From positions 14,942,001 through 15,006,000 of the forward strand of contig OZ059894.1 in assembly GCA_964057225.1 (NCBI GenBank): DNA of 64,000 nucleotides, given 5' to 3'. The translations under genes were made by a program, and so were the position numbers. The notes below the pieces were generated by a model, which had not been told where the DNA came from, searched no databases, and saw only the letters and a program-made list of their open reading frames with translations. Positions 14,501 through 24,712 of the stretch are shown one piece after another (the stretch's first letter is position 1; each line of letters opens with the position of its first letter). The stretch is from Auanema rhodensis (lineage: Eukaryota; Animalia; Nematoda).

Positions 14501-17116
14501 AAATAAAAGAATTTTAGTGACAATAGTCAATTAATATTTATCTAATTACAGTCATTGGCAAAAAGTGCTGCACAAAGTATGAGGGATGATCAAACGGTTT
14601 GTTTCATTTTCTCTGAAAAACTTGAATAATTAATTTAATAAAATTGAAATGTACTGTAAGTATGTATATACAACAACTCGTATTTTCCAAATACAATTGC
14701 TGTTATGAGGAAGATTCTTTTTAATTTTCAAACATTTGACTGTATAATCCTAGTCATAAGCAAAAATTTTTTATTTTTAGCCAGCTTCTTTTCCAATTAG
14801 TCGTCCTGACAAACCGTCATTCGATCCAGAAGAGCAATTTAGGACACAATATATTAAAGTAGAATTATTTCTTAATTTTCAAATTTGAATTATGCAATAA
14901 TTTGTAATTTAAATTCTTTTATTTAAGCCTTCTCTTCTAATGCGAGCTGTTGAAAAATTAGTTGGAGAGGAAACATTCAGGGCAGGAGTAAGCCGTTTGT
15001 TGAAGCAGTTTGCTTATAAGAATGTTGATCATACAGATCTTATGGAAGCTTTAACATAGTAAGAAGATATATATTCGTATCTTAGATCTCAAGAAAATAC
15101 TCGAGAGTTTCAGTGCCTATGATTCGTCTGCAGGAAATTTTTTTGCTGGAGAATCATTCTCATTGAATAATTTTATTGCAACATGGATCTATCAGCCAGG
15201 TTATCCTCTGCTTAATGTAACTGAACGTGAACCTGGAGTGCATGTTGTATCTCAAATAGCATTTCGGGTAATTATCTTTGTTATTCAATGTTTTCATGAA
15301 TATTCATATGAATTTTTAGTTTTTTACATCTAAAGGTCGTCTTGATAAATACCGACAATGGAAAGTTCCAATATTTCTAACACATCCTGTAACTAAAGAA
15401 AAGGAACTAAAATGGCTTTTAGAAAATGAAACAAGTTGTCAAGAACTGCTTTAAGTTTTACATAAAATTATTATTTAAGTGGCTGTTGATTTGGAAGATG
15501 ATTATGTGTTAGATGGCAACAATTTGTTCCGAATTTTGTAGTTGAAAATTCGATTTTTTTTAAAATTATAAATATTTATAGGTATTCAAAGACACATTAT
15601 GATACAATTATAGAACAACTTCATACAAGACCAGCTAAAATCCCAGAGCAAATGAGGTTTGTAGAAAATGATCAAAAGATATTCTTTTAAGAAAATTAAA
15701 ATTTTTTTTTAGATCACGATTAGTTGATGATAGCTTTACATTTGCTGAACATGGCCTTGTTTCTTATAATGTTCCTTGGAATTTAACAGCTTATATCACA
15801 TCTGAGGTTGGATTTGTTGTTTGAATTTTTTTTAAATAAAATTAAAAAATTAAACTTTAAAAATAAAATTTTTGCAGACATTTGATGCAATTCTTGATCC
15901 AACCATTATATTCAGTGCTCATATGGATCTGATAATCAGTAGACTTAAACCACATGATAGATTTGATACTGTTAAGGTAACTATACGACATAAATTATAA
16001 ATAAAAAGGTTTATATACCACCATATATGTACAATGAATTCTTGCAGAAATATTTTCATGTGGTATTAGGACATTGGTTTAATCAATGTAATGTAGAGAT
16101 CTTTGGAGGAGGTGATTCTAGTAATGCATAGTAAGAAATTGTACTTTATCCTTCATTAAAATTCAATTTTGCAGTGGAGCATGTGAAGTCATCTATAAAC
16201 GTTTATGTATATTTGGATTTCCAAATTGTATTGAAATGGCCCGCACAGAAATGAAAAAACTAATTGAAAACTGTGGTGATAGGCCATTAAGCAGTAGCTG
16301 CAATCAGTTAGCATATATAATAATTTAAAACTATAATGATGTATTTGCAGCATTCCTCAATTAGTTCGTATGCCTATATATGCGGCTATATCTAAGTATG
16401 GAGAAGAACATTTTTTCAATTTTTTGTATGAAAAATTCATCGCAGAAGAATATTCAACGGAAAGAGCTAAATTATGGGAAGGATTAGTTGGTAGTTTTAG
16501 AGCAGAGAACATTCACAGGTGATAAAAATGATTTTTTTCCTTAAAATAAAAAAAATATTTTAATGATTCCTTCAGGTTATGGTATTATTTTCTGTTCAAA
16601 AATCGACTAGCTGAACCATTTAAGCTCAGATGTTTTGATTATTCCAAGTACAAAAGCTCAATATTTCAATTAAATTAATAATTTTCTTTTCTATTTAGAC
16701 ATTATCATTGGAAAACTCATTTAATTAGCTTTATCAAGAAATATATGGATAAAATGATTGAAGAGTTAGTAAGATCATCTAATTGCTAAGCTTAAATTCA
16801 TATTTAGGCTGTCACAAGATGAGATCTTACTCATTTTCACTGTTTTGTCTCGATCCTTATTCCGTCAAGATGAGATACCAGAGGTAGTTTAAGAAGGAAA
16901 AATAATAATTATTCTTACTAATTCAATAAATTTTAGTTCAAAGAAGTAGCTGATATAGCTGCTGCTAAATTTCCTATAATAGCTACTAAGATTAAAGGTT
17001 ATACAGATAGAGTTATTGAGGTTAATAAATGGAGAGATTTAAATGGAGATTATATTATTGGTAATATATCTGCAGTTTTGGATACTTTGGAGAAAAGATT
17101 CATCGTTGATTTGTAA
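8510..17116 (+). CDS. Membrane-anchored (type II) M1 family aminopeptidase N-like metallopeptidase
   Basis: N-terminal TM helix ([19 protein letters not shown]); [18 protein letters not shown]; [10 protein letters not shown]; LAMENWG (~14157-14190); [28 protein letters not shown] (HExxH-x18-E); [10 protein letters not shown]. Large intron 10063-14137. Stop TAA at 17114-17116. Confidence 0.92.
10272..13322 (-). CDS. Secreted serine beta-lactamase/penicillin-binding-protein-like (LACT-family) protein, nested antisense in the aminopeptidase intron
   Basis: Hydrophobic signal/anchor; [16 protein letters not shown] (SxxK, ~11530-11575); [12 protein letters not shown]; [24 protein letters not shown] (YxN); LDSAAGW; YHLGSLTG (HxG). 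Multiple GT-AG introns. Stop TGA at 10274-10272. Confidence 0.88.
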
Positions 17117-17572
17117 ATGAAATGAATTTTTTATTCAAAAAAAAAAAGAAAAAAAAAGAAAAAAAAATCTTATGAACGGGAAATCAAGTATACATACATA
17201 TACATATACTATACATATTACTTTTAACTATATATATGTATGTTATGTGATTTCTTCTTAATTATATTATATTTATCTTCAATAGTAATCGTCTCATGCT
17301 TAGCATCTTCTTGTTCTTTTCATATTTTTTTTTGTTTTTTTTTTTTCAATTTCGATGTTAATTCTTGTTTCAATGGGTATGTGTTTTCCCGGATATTTTC
17401 TGATTTCCAGCATTGGTCTTTTCAATTTTCATGATCACGATTGTCTCTTTCTTCAAATTAAACATGTAAAATGAAGTTTTTTTTTCAAAAATTTATAGAA
17501 TTCAGGAGATATGGCACATATGTATATGTATATTTCATTATGAATAAATATAATTAGTAAATAGTGAGATTT

Positions 17573-18210
17573 TTAGTTCTTCTTATGTTGTTTCTTTTGG
17601 CTTCTCTTAGCTTGAGCAGCAACGTAGTTAAGTCCTCCAAAAGTACGAGCAGTAGCGCAGAAGTTGTTCATGTGAAGCTAAACATGTGTTGTTAGCCAAT
17701 CAAACTTAATTATTGTTAAATCTTACTCCACAGGCTGGAAGTTTCTTAGCAGCATTGTTGGCACACTTGCAGAAATTATCGTCACAGACCTTTTGAGGCT
17801 TTCCTTGGTTGTAACAACGAGAGTGCTTGACGCAACACATGTTTACAACTCCTGGAAAAATTAGCATTTTTTTGAATCTTTTCTTGTTTCTCCATTTCAA
17901 TTAGAAGACTGATAGTAATAGTTTGGTTAACTTGAAAATCGTATTATCGAAAAATCGGTCAATTGTTCGTTCTTATGAACAGGATTTCTCGATTTTTCTC
18001 AAAACAACACAGCTTTTTTTAAATTGAACAAGATAAAAATGATAATTCTTAGTTATATTATATAATATACTTACCAAGTCTTCCTTTACAGTCATTTTTT
18101 AAAAGAGCCTCAGCAAATCCTTGTTGAAGCTTGTCATTTCCGCAAGCAAAGTTAGCATAAGCTACGGAAGCGCAAACAGCTAGAAGGAGTACAGTAGCAA
18201 ACGAGTTCAT
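17573..18210 (-). CDS. Small secreted phospholipase A2-like protein (nematode type), 3 exons
   Basis: Signal peptide MNSFATVLLAVCASVAYA, then FACG..DC..VNMCCVKHSRCY..CDDNFCKC..C..FCATARTFG, the PLA2-like Cys pattern. Exons 18210-18075, 17851-17727, 17677-17573. Confidence 0.85.
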
Positions 18211-19448
18211 AATTCTAAAAAAATATTTGTTTACATTTCAACATCAAATAAGCATGAAATCAGAAAAATAATATAGAGATTGCCGTCGAGAGAGCTGATC
18301 CATGTGGGGAATAAACAGCCCGCGGCTATTTTGATGACTTCATTCTCAAGAATGCCTATATAGGGGATATAGGATAGCCTTCTTTTCACATCCAGCCCCT
18401 TTTACGAGATTGTTCAAGGTGAATTCATTACCCGATAGCCACTCAATATCTATCATGTTTAATCTCTAGTCAATCTTTCAGAAATACGAAATCCACTAAA
18501 CTGTCCTTTCATTATCGAGCGGATTGTCTATGATTCTCTTGAAAATATTCAGTATTTCTCATCGAATTTTCTCGTAATCATCCGGTACATTTTGTAAAAT
18601 TAGCAAAATTGCTTTGTTATCAATGGAATGCTTGACTAAAAGATATTTGAAACAGCTATAAGAAGATATCAGATAATCTAGACAAGATGTCTGAAAGAAC
18701 TTTTTCTATTCATAGTCTAGTCTCGGCTAGCAACTTAAGTGAACAAAGAATATCTTTTTATGTATGAAACCAAAATCCAATGATAAACATCAATGCTTAC
18801 CGTAATTATTGAAAATAAGATAAAAAATCAAAAAAGATAAATGCTATGTGTGTTAGATAAAAGAATTTTTTTTTGCTTTTCACAAATGATTTATCTTAAT
18901 CAGCTACATCATCAGAATCAGTTATATAATATGCTTTATGCTTCATACTTGTTTTCATATGAATTATGGTAAAAACATTAAACTTGTGTATGATTCATCA
19001 TGTATGTATATACATATTTGTGCATATCATATATGACTTATGAAGTATAAAAATCAAAAAATTATATAAAAATGAAGAATAAATTATAAAATTCATTTGT
19101 CTTATATGTCAATTACAATCTTATATTACTTGGCTTATTTGACTATAATAATAATTATAACTAGATGTATGCATATGTCAATGATTGTAGTAGTTTTATA
19201 TAATTTTTAGAAAACATTTTCAAAATAATCTCTAGATCATAATTTTCAGTAATCATGCTTTTTTCTTTTTTTCTTAATTTTAAGCTTTAAAATTATATTT
19301 TTATATTCATATTTCTATTCCCATTTTCTTTTTTTTTTGTAAAATTAATTAATAGTCCTGATAATTTGATAAGAAGATATCCGCTATAACTTGATATGTG
19401 ATCAAACATTATATGTACATGTAAGTGTGTATGTTGTATAAGTTGTAT

Positions 19449-19938
19449 AGAAAGTATTGACGCTAAACCAAACTTTTTGGCCATTTCAACTTTTCTCAAT
19501 TTACACCACTTTTCAGAAATTTTTGAAGCAATTTTGTAAACAAAACAGTAAATTTTAAAAAAAGTTTTGTTTTTGCCCATCATCGAGCCTGATCAGGTCG
19601 AAACCATTTTGCCCAAATACAGTAAAACAGCAGAAAAATAAAAATTCCAGACTTTCGAGGTGTTTTTATGAGAAACACTTTATCAGATGAAGATATGTTG
19701 GAATTGTAAATCTTAACTCTTCAAATAGTAAAGGGAATCATTGAGTTTGTTAATCTAAGAAAAACAAAGAATGATGTTACTTTGACTCTTTCGGATTAAA
19801 TTCTCCAATAAAACTTCAAAAATATCTAAAAAATGATAAAAACAAACAAATAGATTGTTTAACATTTCAAATACAAAAACACATTATTGCAGATACTATT
19901 ACTTATTATTTCGAAAATTATTGGAATTTCATGACTTC
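19449..19938 (+). repeat. Left inverted arm (490 bp)
   Basis: AGAAAGTATTGACGCTAAACC...GGAATTTCATGACTTC; no mismatch to the right arm seen by eye. Confidence 0.95.
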
Positions 19939-19960
19939 TTACTTTTAAAATTACTTTTCC
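19644..19960 (+). pseudogene. Decayed Maverick adenain-like cysteine protease (left copy)
   Basis: IPDFRGVFMRNTL / GIVNLNSSNSKGNH*VC* / CYFDSFGL (19778-19795) / FQIQ / HYCRYYYLLF corresponds to the H-W, YFDSFG, Q and C motifs of Polinton PRO. Contains stops and frameshifts. Confidence 0.8.
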
Positions 19961-20028
19961 GACGAAACGACGAAAATTACTATTTTATAACTCCTAAACT
20001 TATATTAGTTCAGGTTTGATAACAATTC

Positions 20029-21398
20029 CTAAAACCCTGGTTTGATATGAACAATACCAAATGCCATAGTATGACTGTCTTCTAAAATATAACGCTTATA
20101 TTCTGTCAGAACTACATCTTTATTTAGAGTTACTTTATACTGATATTGAGTATAAATTTGATGTTTCACACTTATGATTGTGAATTATTTCTTTCTAACA
20201 ATAGTTTTGTCAAAGAGACATTTTTTATAATACCTTTACTTTTTTTTTGATTTCATCATCAGGTTTCATTTTTTTTGGAGCATTAGGATTCTCTTTTTCT
20301 TTCTGTTTTATTTTTTGTAAAGTTCTATGAAGGATTTGCGGGTTTCTTCACCAACTTTCAAAGCATATTGTTTTGGCTTCAACGCTTCCATTTCTTCCAT
20401 TATCAATCCACTGAGTTCATTCTTAAATTTTCTGACAACTTTCTTATTCTCATCGTTATACAGTACTTGATCTTTTGGATAATCACTGAAATTAAAATTT
20501 CTTCCAAAAGAGATATATTTTTCAATATCTTTGTATACATCTTCAGTCTGGATGTTATATGTATATGAGACTGTCAGTATCTTGATAACCCAGTTTAATA
20601 TTTACAAATCCATACTTCTTCTGTATTATATTGTAATGAAAGTCATACCTCAACCACTTACTTTATTCCAAAATAGCAAAACCAACATGGTTTTATCAAG
20701 AACAATATATGTTTTCTCCATTTCTATGGCTACCAACTATTTATTATACATGATAGTTCTATTATAATTTGTTTTAGAAGCCAACTTGACTATTTTATTT
20801 TTATCTGTAATGAATCTAACATCTACCCTTTCTCTCACATTTTCCATAAGCTTTCTCAAATACAGCATTAACTTATGAAATCTTTCTCAAAATCATTTTT
20901 AGCGTTTTTTCTGAAACTACTATTAATTTCAATATAAGGAGCTAACCAACAAGATTCATCAAATTTGATGATTCTTTTTGGTTTTGTTTTTTCTTTCTTT
21001 TTCGAATTTTCTTTAACTTTATTCCAAGTTCTAAAGTGGGAAGTCTTCACTATAAAAACTTATATACCTTTCTATAAAACCCTTTATATATTCATCAGAT
21101 TTAGTAATTGCATTATTGATTCTGTCCAGGATATCATCTTATTCAAATTGGAATATCTAGTAGGTAACGTTTGATTCATTACCAATCCATATAAATTATT
21201 AGCAAAATACATCAGCATGGAATTGATTAATCAAAGTTCGGAGTGTATTTATTACCTTAGAGTATCTTTGAACAGCATTAACCATTCCACCTCTAATTCC
21301 TTTTTCAACCATCGAGTATTTTTCAACATCTTGAAGCACTTCTAATTCTACTTTGGTCTTTTTCAATATAGCATCTCAAGCTAAACCTGGGCTTGTAT
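20029..21398 (-). pseudogene. Decayed protein-primed family B DNA polymerase (Maverick PolB), C-terminal half
   Basis: TSPGLA*DAILKKTKVELEVL..EKGIRGG..ANNLYG; WLAPYIEIN..RKNAKNDFEKDF; MENVRERVDVRF; YDFHY..GYQDTDSLIY (20568-20590); NKKVVRKFKNEL; YKKCLF; KRYILEDSHTMAFG. Many frameshifts and stops. Confidence 0.9.
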
Positions 21399-21693
21399 GA
21401 CGCAACGCGACACGCGGCGCTTTTGGCTAGAGAGAAAGTCGTTTTCCCTCTTTGTCTCTGGTTTCCTATGCATTGATTCATTACATATACTAACAACACA
21501 ATAAATACAATTGATTAGCTTTTCTAGTTTAGGATGTATGTGGTTAGGACCGGGGAATGATTCATTCGAGGTTAAATTTAGAATAACCGTTCATAGATGG
21601 TGAACTTTTGAGTAACAATATTCTTTGTGTCAGCTTTTAACATGTCACTTTTCTATTGCTCTACTATTTTTATTTTGCTTTATTTTATAGAAT

Positions 21694-22226
21694 ATGAGAT
21701 TGCAAGATGATGTTCGAGTTCAAAAGTTGTTGGATAAGGCAACGATTGAAAACCTTTTGAAAAATTTTTTAGAGAAATCTATGGAGCGATCTAGCAAATG
21801 GAAATTGGGTTGAAGAACGCTTTAGCCAAATATGATAAGAAAGAGAATTTACATGAGGTGTTTTTGAAGGATTGTCTGAAGGTGATTTGCGACGTAGAAA
21901 AATCTTCATCATGGTAAAAGCCATACTTCTGAAACTCTTCTGGTAGTGTCGAAGTTTTTTGTCAAAGTTGGTGATTATCGAATTGCTTGCGAGATTCTTT
22001 GGGGTTTTGAGTCGCTTTCGATTCAAGGTAATTTTCATGAATTTCTTGGTATTTATGTAATGTATCATTTTCAGAATTTATCAAAAAGCACAAGCTTAGT
22101 GTAGAGCTTCACTCCCAAGAGTCTAAAAGGCGCTTTGCGTGTACTAAAGAATTCATTCAACAGCTTAGTGAGTTTAAAATGTCCGATGAAAAGAAAACGG
22201 AATCGGAAAAACTCTATTTCTATTAA
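21694..22226 (+). pseudogene. Intron-containing cellular-type cargo gene of unknown function inside the element (disrupted)
   Basis: TTTTATAG acceptor then ATG at 21694; probable 47-nt intron 21726-21772; clear 47-nt GTAATT..TTTCAG intron 22028-22074. Reading ..QMEIGLKNALAKYDKKENLHEVFLKDCLKVICDVEK/HGKSHTSETLLVVSKFFVKVGDYRIACEILWGFESLSIQEFIKKHKL..KLYFY*. In-frame TAG at 21792-21794 and a frameshift in the A-run at 21898-21902. Confidence 0.65.
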
Positions 22227-22279
22227 AGCTTGACACTTGTTTAATTTCTGTATGATAAGAATGATTAAAAAATTACTCA

Positions 22280-22435
22280 AACATTGATAGTAGTTGATGA
22301 GAACAAAATTACCGGAGATCTTAAAAATGAAATTATTGAAAACGAAAGACAAAAAAAAAGTTTACAAGTTTGATTATCATAAAAGGATCGAGTGATACAA
22401 TGCCTTACGGATTTATTGATACCCTAAGGAATTAA
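22280..22435 (+). pseudogene. Second, different Maverick PolB extreme C-terminal fragment
   Basis: KKVYKFDYHKRI then, after a frameshift, DTMPYGFIDTLRN*. This resembles the K.Y...YDKR....TLPYG(Y/F) terminus of Polinton PolB and differs from the left-hand PolB terminus. Confidence 0.6.
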
Positions 22436-22453
22436 AGGTAACACGGTTTCAAC

Positions 22454-22943
22454 GAAGTCATGAAATTCCAATAATTTTCGAAATAATAAGTAATAGTATC
22501 TGCAATAATGTGTTTTTGTATTTGAAATGTTAAACAATCTATTTGTTTGTTTTTATCATTTTTTAGATATTTTTGAAGTTTTATTGGAGAATTTAATCCG
22601 AAAGAGTCAAAGTAACATCATTCTTTGTTTTTCTTAGATTAACAAACTCAATGATTCCCTTTACTATTTGAAGAGTTAAGATTTACAATTCCAACATATC
22701 TTCATCTGATAAAGTGTTTCTCATAAAAACACCTCGAAAGTCTGGAATTTTTATTTTTCTGCTGTTTTACTGTATTTGGGCAAAATGGTTTCGACCTGAT
22801 CAGGCTCGATGATGGGCAAAAACAAAACTTTTTTTAAAATTTACTGTTTTGTTTACAAAATTGCTTCAAAAATTTCTGAAAAGTGGTGTAAATTGAGAAA
22901 AGTTGAAATGGCCAAAAAGTTTGGTTTAGCGTCAATACTTTCT
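22454..22943 (-). repeat. Right inverted arm (490 bp), including a second copy of the protease pseudogene (~22454-22748)
   Basis: Reverse complement of 19449-19938. Confidence 0.95.
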
Positions 22944-24235
22944 TGTATAATTCATATTTCTCTATTTATTTACTATATATATATAATACAATATATATAT
23001 TATATTATATATAGTTATAGTGTTTAATCAAGTACATACACATAGTTAAAGAAATTTTTTTATTCATTCCTGCTTTATTATTACCGGAACTGGAGCTAGC
23101 TACATCACAGAAACAACGAATCTGAGGACTAGATTTCGTAAAAAAAAAGAAAAAATGTTGTTCATATTAGAAATAATAAAGATGTCATCATATACATAAT
23201 ATATACATATGTATTTAATATGTATATATTCTATAATGAACAAAAAAAAAGAAAAATTCACAGAGAATTATATATAGAATACAGAGAAATGGAAGACAGA
23301 ATAAAAAAAAGAGAAAAAAGCGACAAAAGAAAAAAATTCAAAACGATTATAGTAATATAAATTTTTAATCATTATTACTATAATTCTGCAAATCAAAAAA
23401 AAGCTGAAAAGAAAACAAAAAAATGGAAACAAACTATTAGAAGTAACTGAAAGAAAAAAAGAATAATTGGAAAGCGTTGTATGCAAGAACTAAGCAAACT
23501 ATATATAAATTCAAATATATATTTTATAATTAAACTTATGGAAAAATTATATTTTAGCTGATGCTTTTGGGAGTATAATGTCTTTCACCGGAAATCCTAA
23601 CGAGTGATCTTGATTGAATATTGTGACTAAGTTGGAAAAAATGAAAATGTTTTAGCAACTTGGAAATCAGAGATACGAGATCATCACAGGAGAAATAGAG
23701 GCATGCGAGATGAGAACCATTGGGACATTATGCTGTTAATCAGCTAAATGCGGTAATTGGGTAGTTTAAAAGGTTGTTTAAAAGGCTTAAATGACTAGAT
23801 TCTAGAACTGAACAATCTGACTCGGTAATACAGATGAACGCATTCTGGCAAAAAGCGATTTGACAACAAGAAAGGAAAGGTTATGACGTCAGTTCGTGGT
23901 GCTATTAAGGTAGTATTGTATGTCAATCATACAAAAGCATGTGCTGTAAAAGATCGAAGAAAGATTGAAAGGAGTACTAGATTAAAGAACATCAAATAAC
24001 GATAATGATGACCAGAATGATATTGATGAAGACAAAATATGCAGAATGAGTATTGAAATTGTGCATAGATGATGTAGATCACGTCATGAATAATGTGAGA
24101 TTAGATGTATTTAAGAGGATATACATATACATATATTGTATCCTTGAAAGATATATATATATATATATATATTCCTTATTTAGATGTTATTTATTGAAAA
24201 AAAGATTATCAGAAGACGTCATGATTCTATGATAA

Positions 24236-24290
24236 TGTTAATAATGATGATGATAATGATGATGATGATGAGGATGATGATGATGATGAA
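24236..24290. repeat. (GAT)n trinucleotide microsatellite; similar tracts at 28864-28883 and 31989-32025
   Basis: Directly visible tandem GAT units. Confidence 0.85.
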
Positions 24291-24712
24291 GACAACGAGG
24301 CTTTCATGATTAGAAGAATCAAAGAAGAATGTATTCATTTGAGACAACTAATGAGTATGTACTCAGCTCAAATACATTATGTTCATTACCATTATGATGC
24401 TTTTCAGAACTTCATTCGATCAAGAAAATTCACAAATTCACTTTCTTCTAGTGGAACCTGATTGCTACGCATTTTCTGAAAAAAATGATAATGAGCATGT
24501 GAAAGGGCAATCCCAAAAATTTTTGTTGCTGATTATGGTCGTTAGCTACATCAGAAACTACTACTTCATGCACACACACACTGAGAAACTGTTGATTAGG
24601 ATTACAAACTCAATGCACTTTCTCTGTTATAAACTCGAAATTCTGATGCTCAGAATTAGGCTTGAACCAAAAAATATTTTCTTCCCTCAGCCTTATTTTA
24701 TATTCAATTATG

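Larger units (their letters stand above)
19449..22943. mobile_element. Non-autonomous Maverick/Polinton-derived element (3495 bp) with 490-bp terminal inverted arms and a TSD
   Basis: 19449-19938 is the reverse complement of 22454-22943. Termini are 5'-AG...CT-3'. Direct repeat TGTAT at 19444-19448 and 22944-22948 (TTGTATA, 7 bp, if the ends are placed one base inward). Internal remnants of protein-primed PolB and an adenain-type protease. Confidence 0.9.

Noticed and set aside
19293-23027. Twin ORFs MMGKNKTFFKIYCF... (19293-19583 minus, 22809-23027 plus)
   Set aside because: Artefacts of the inverted arms reading out into flanking DNA; no domain.
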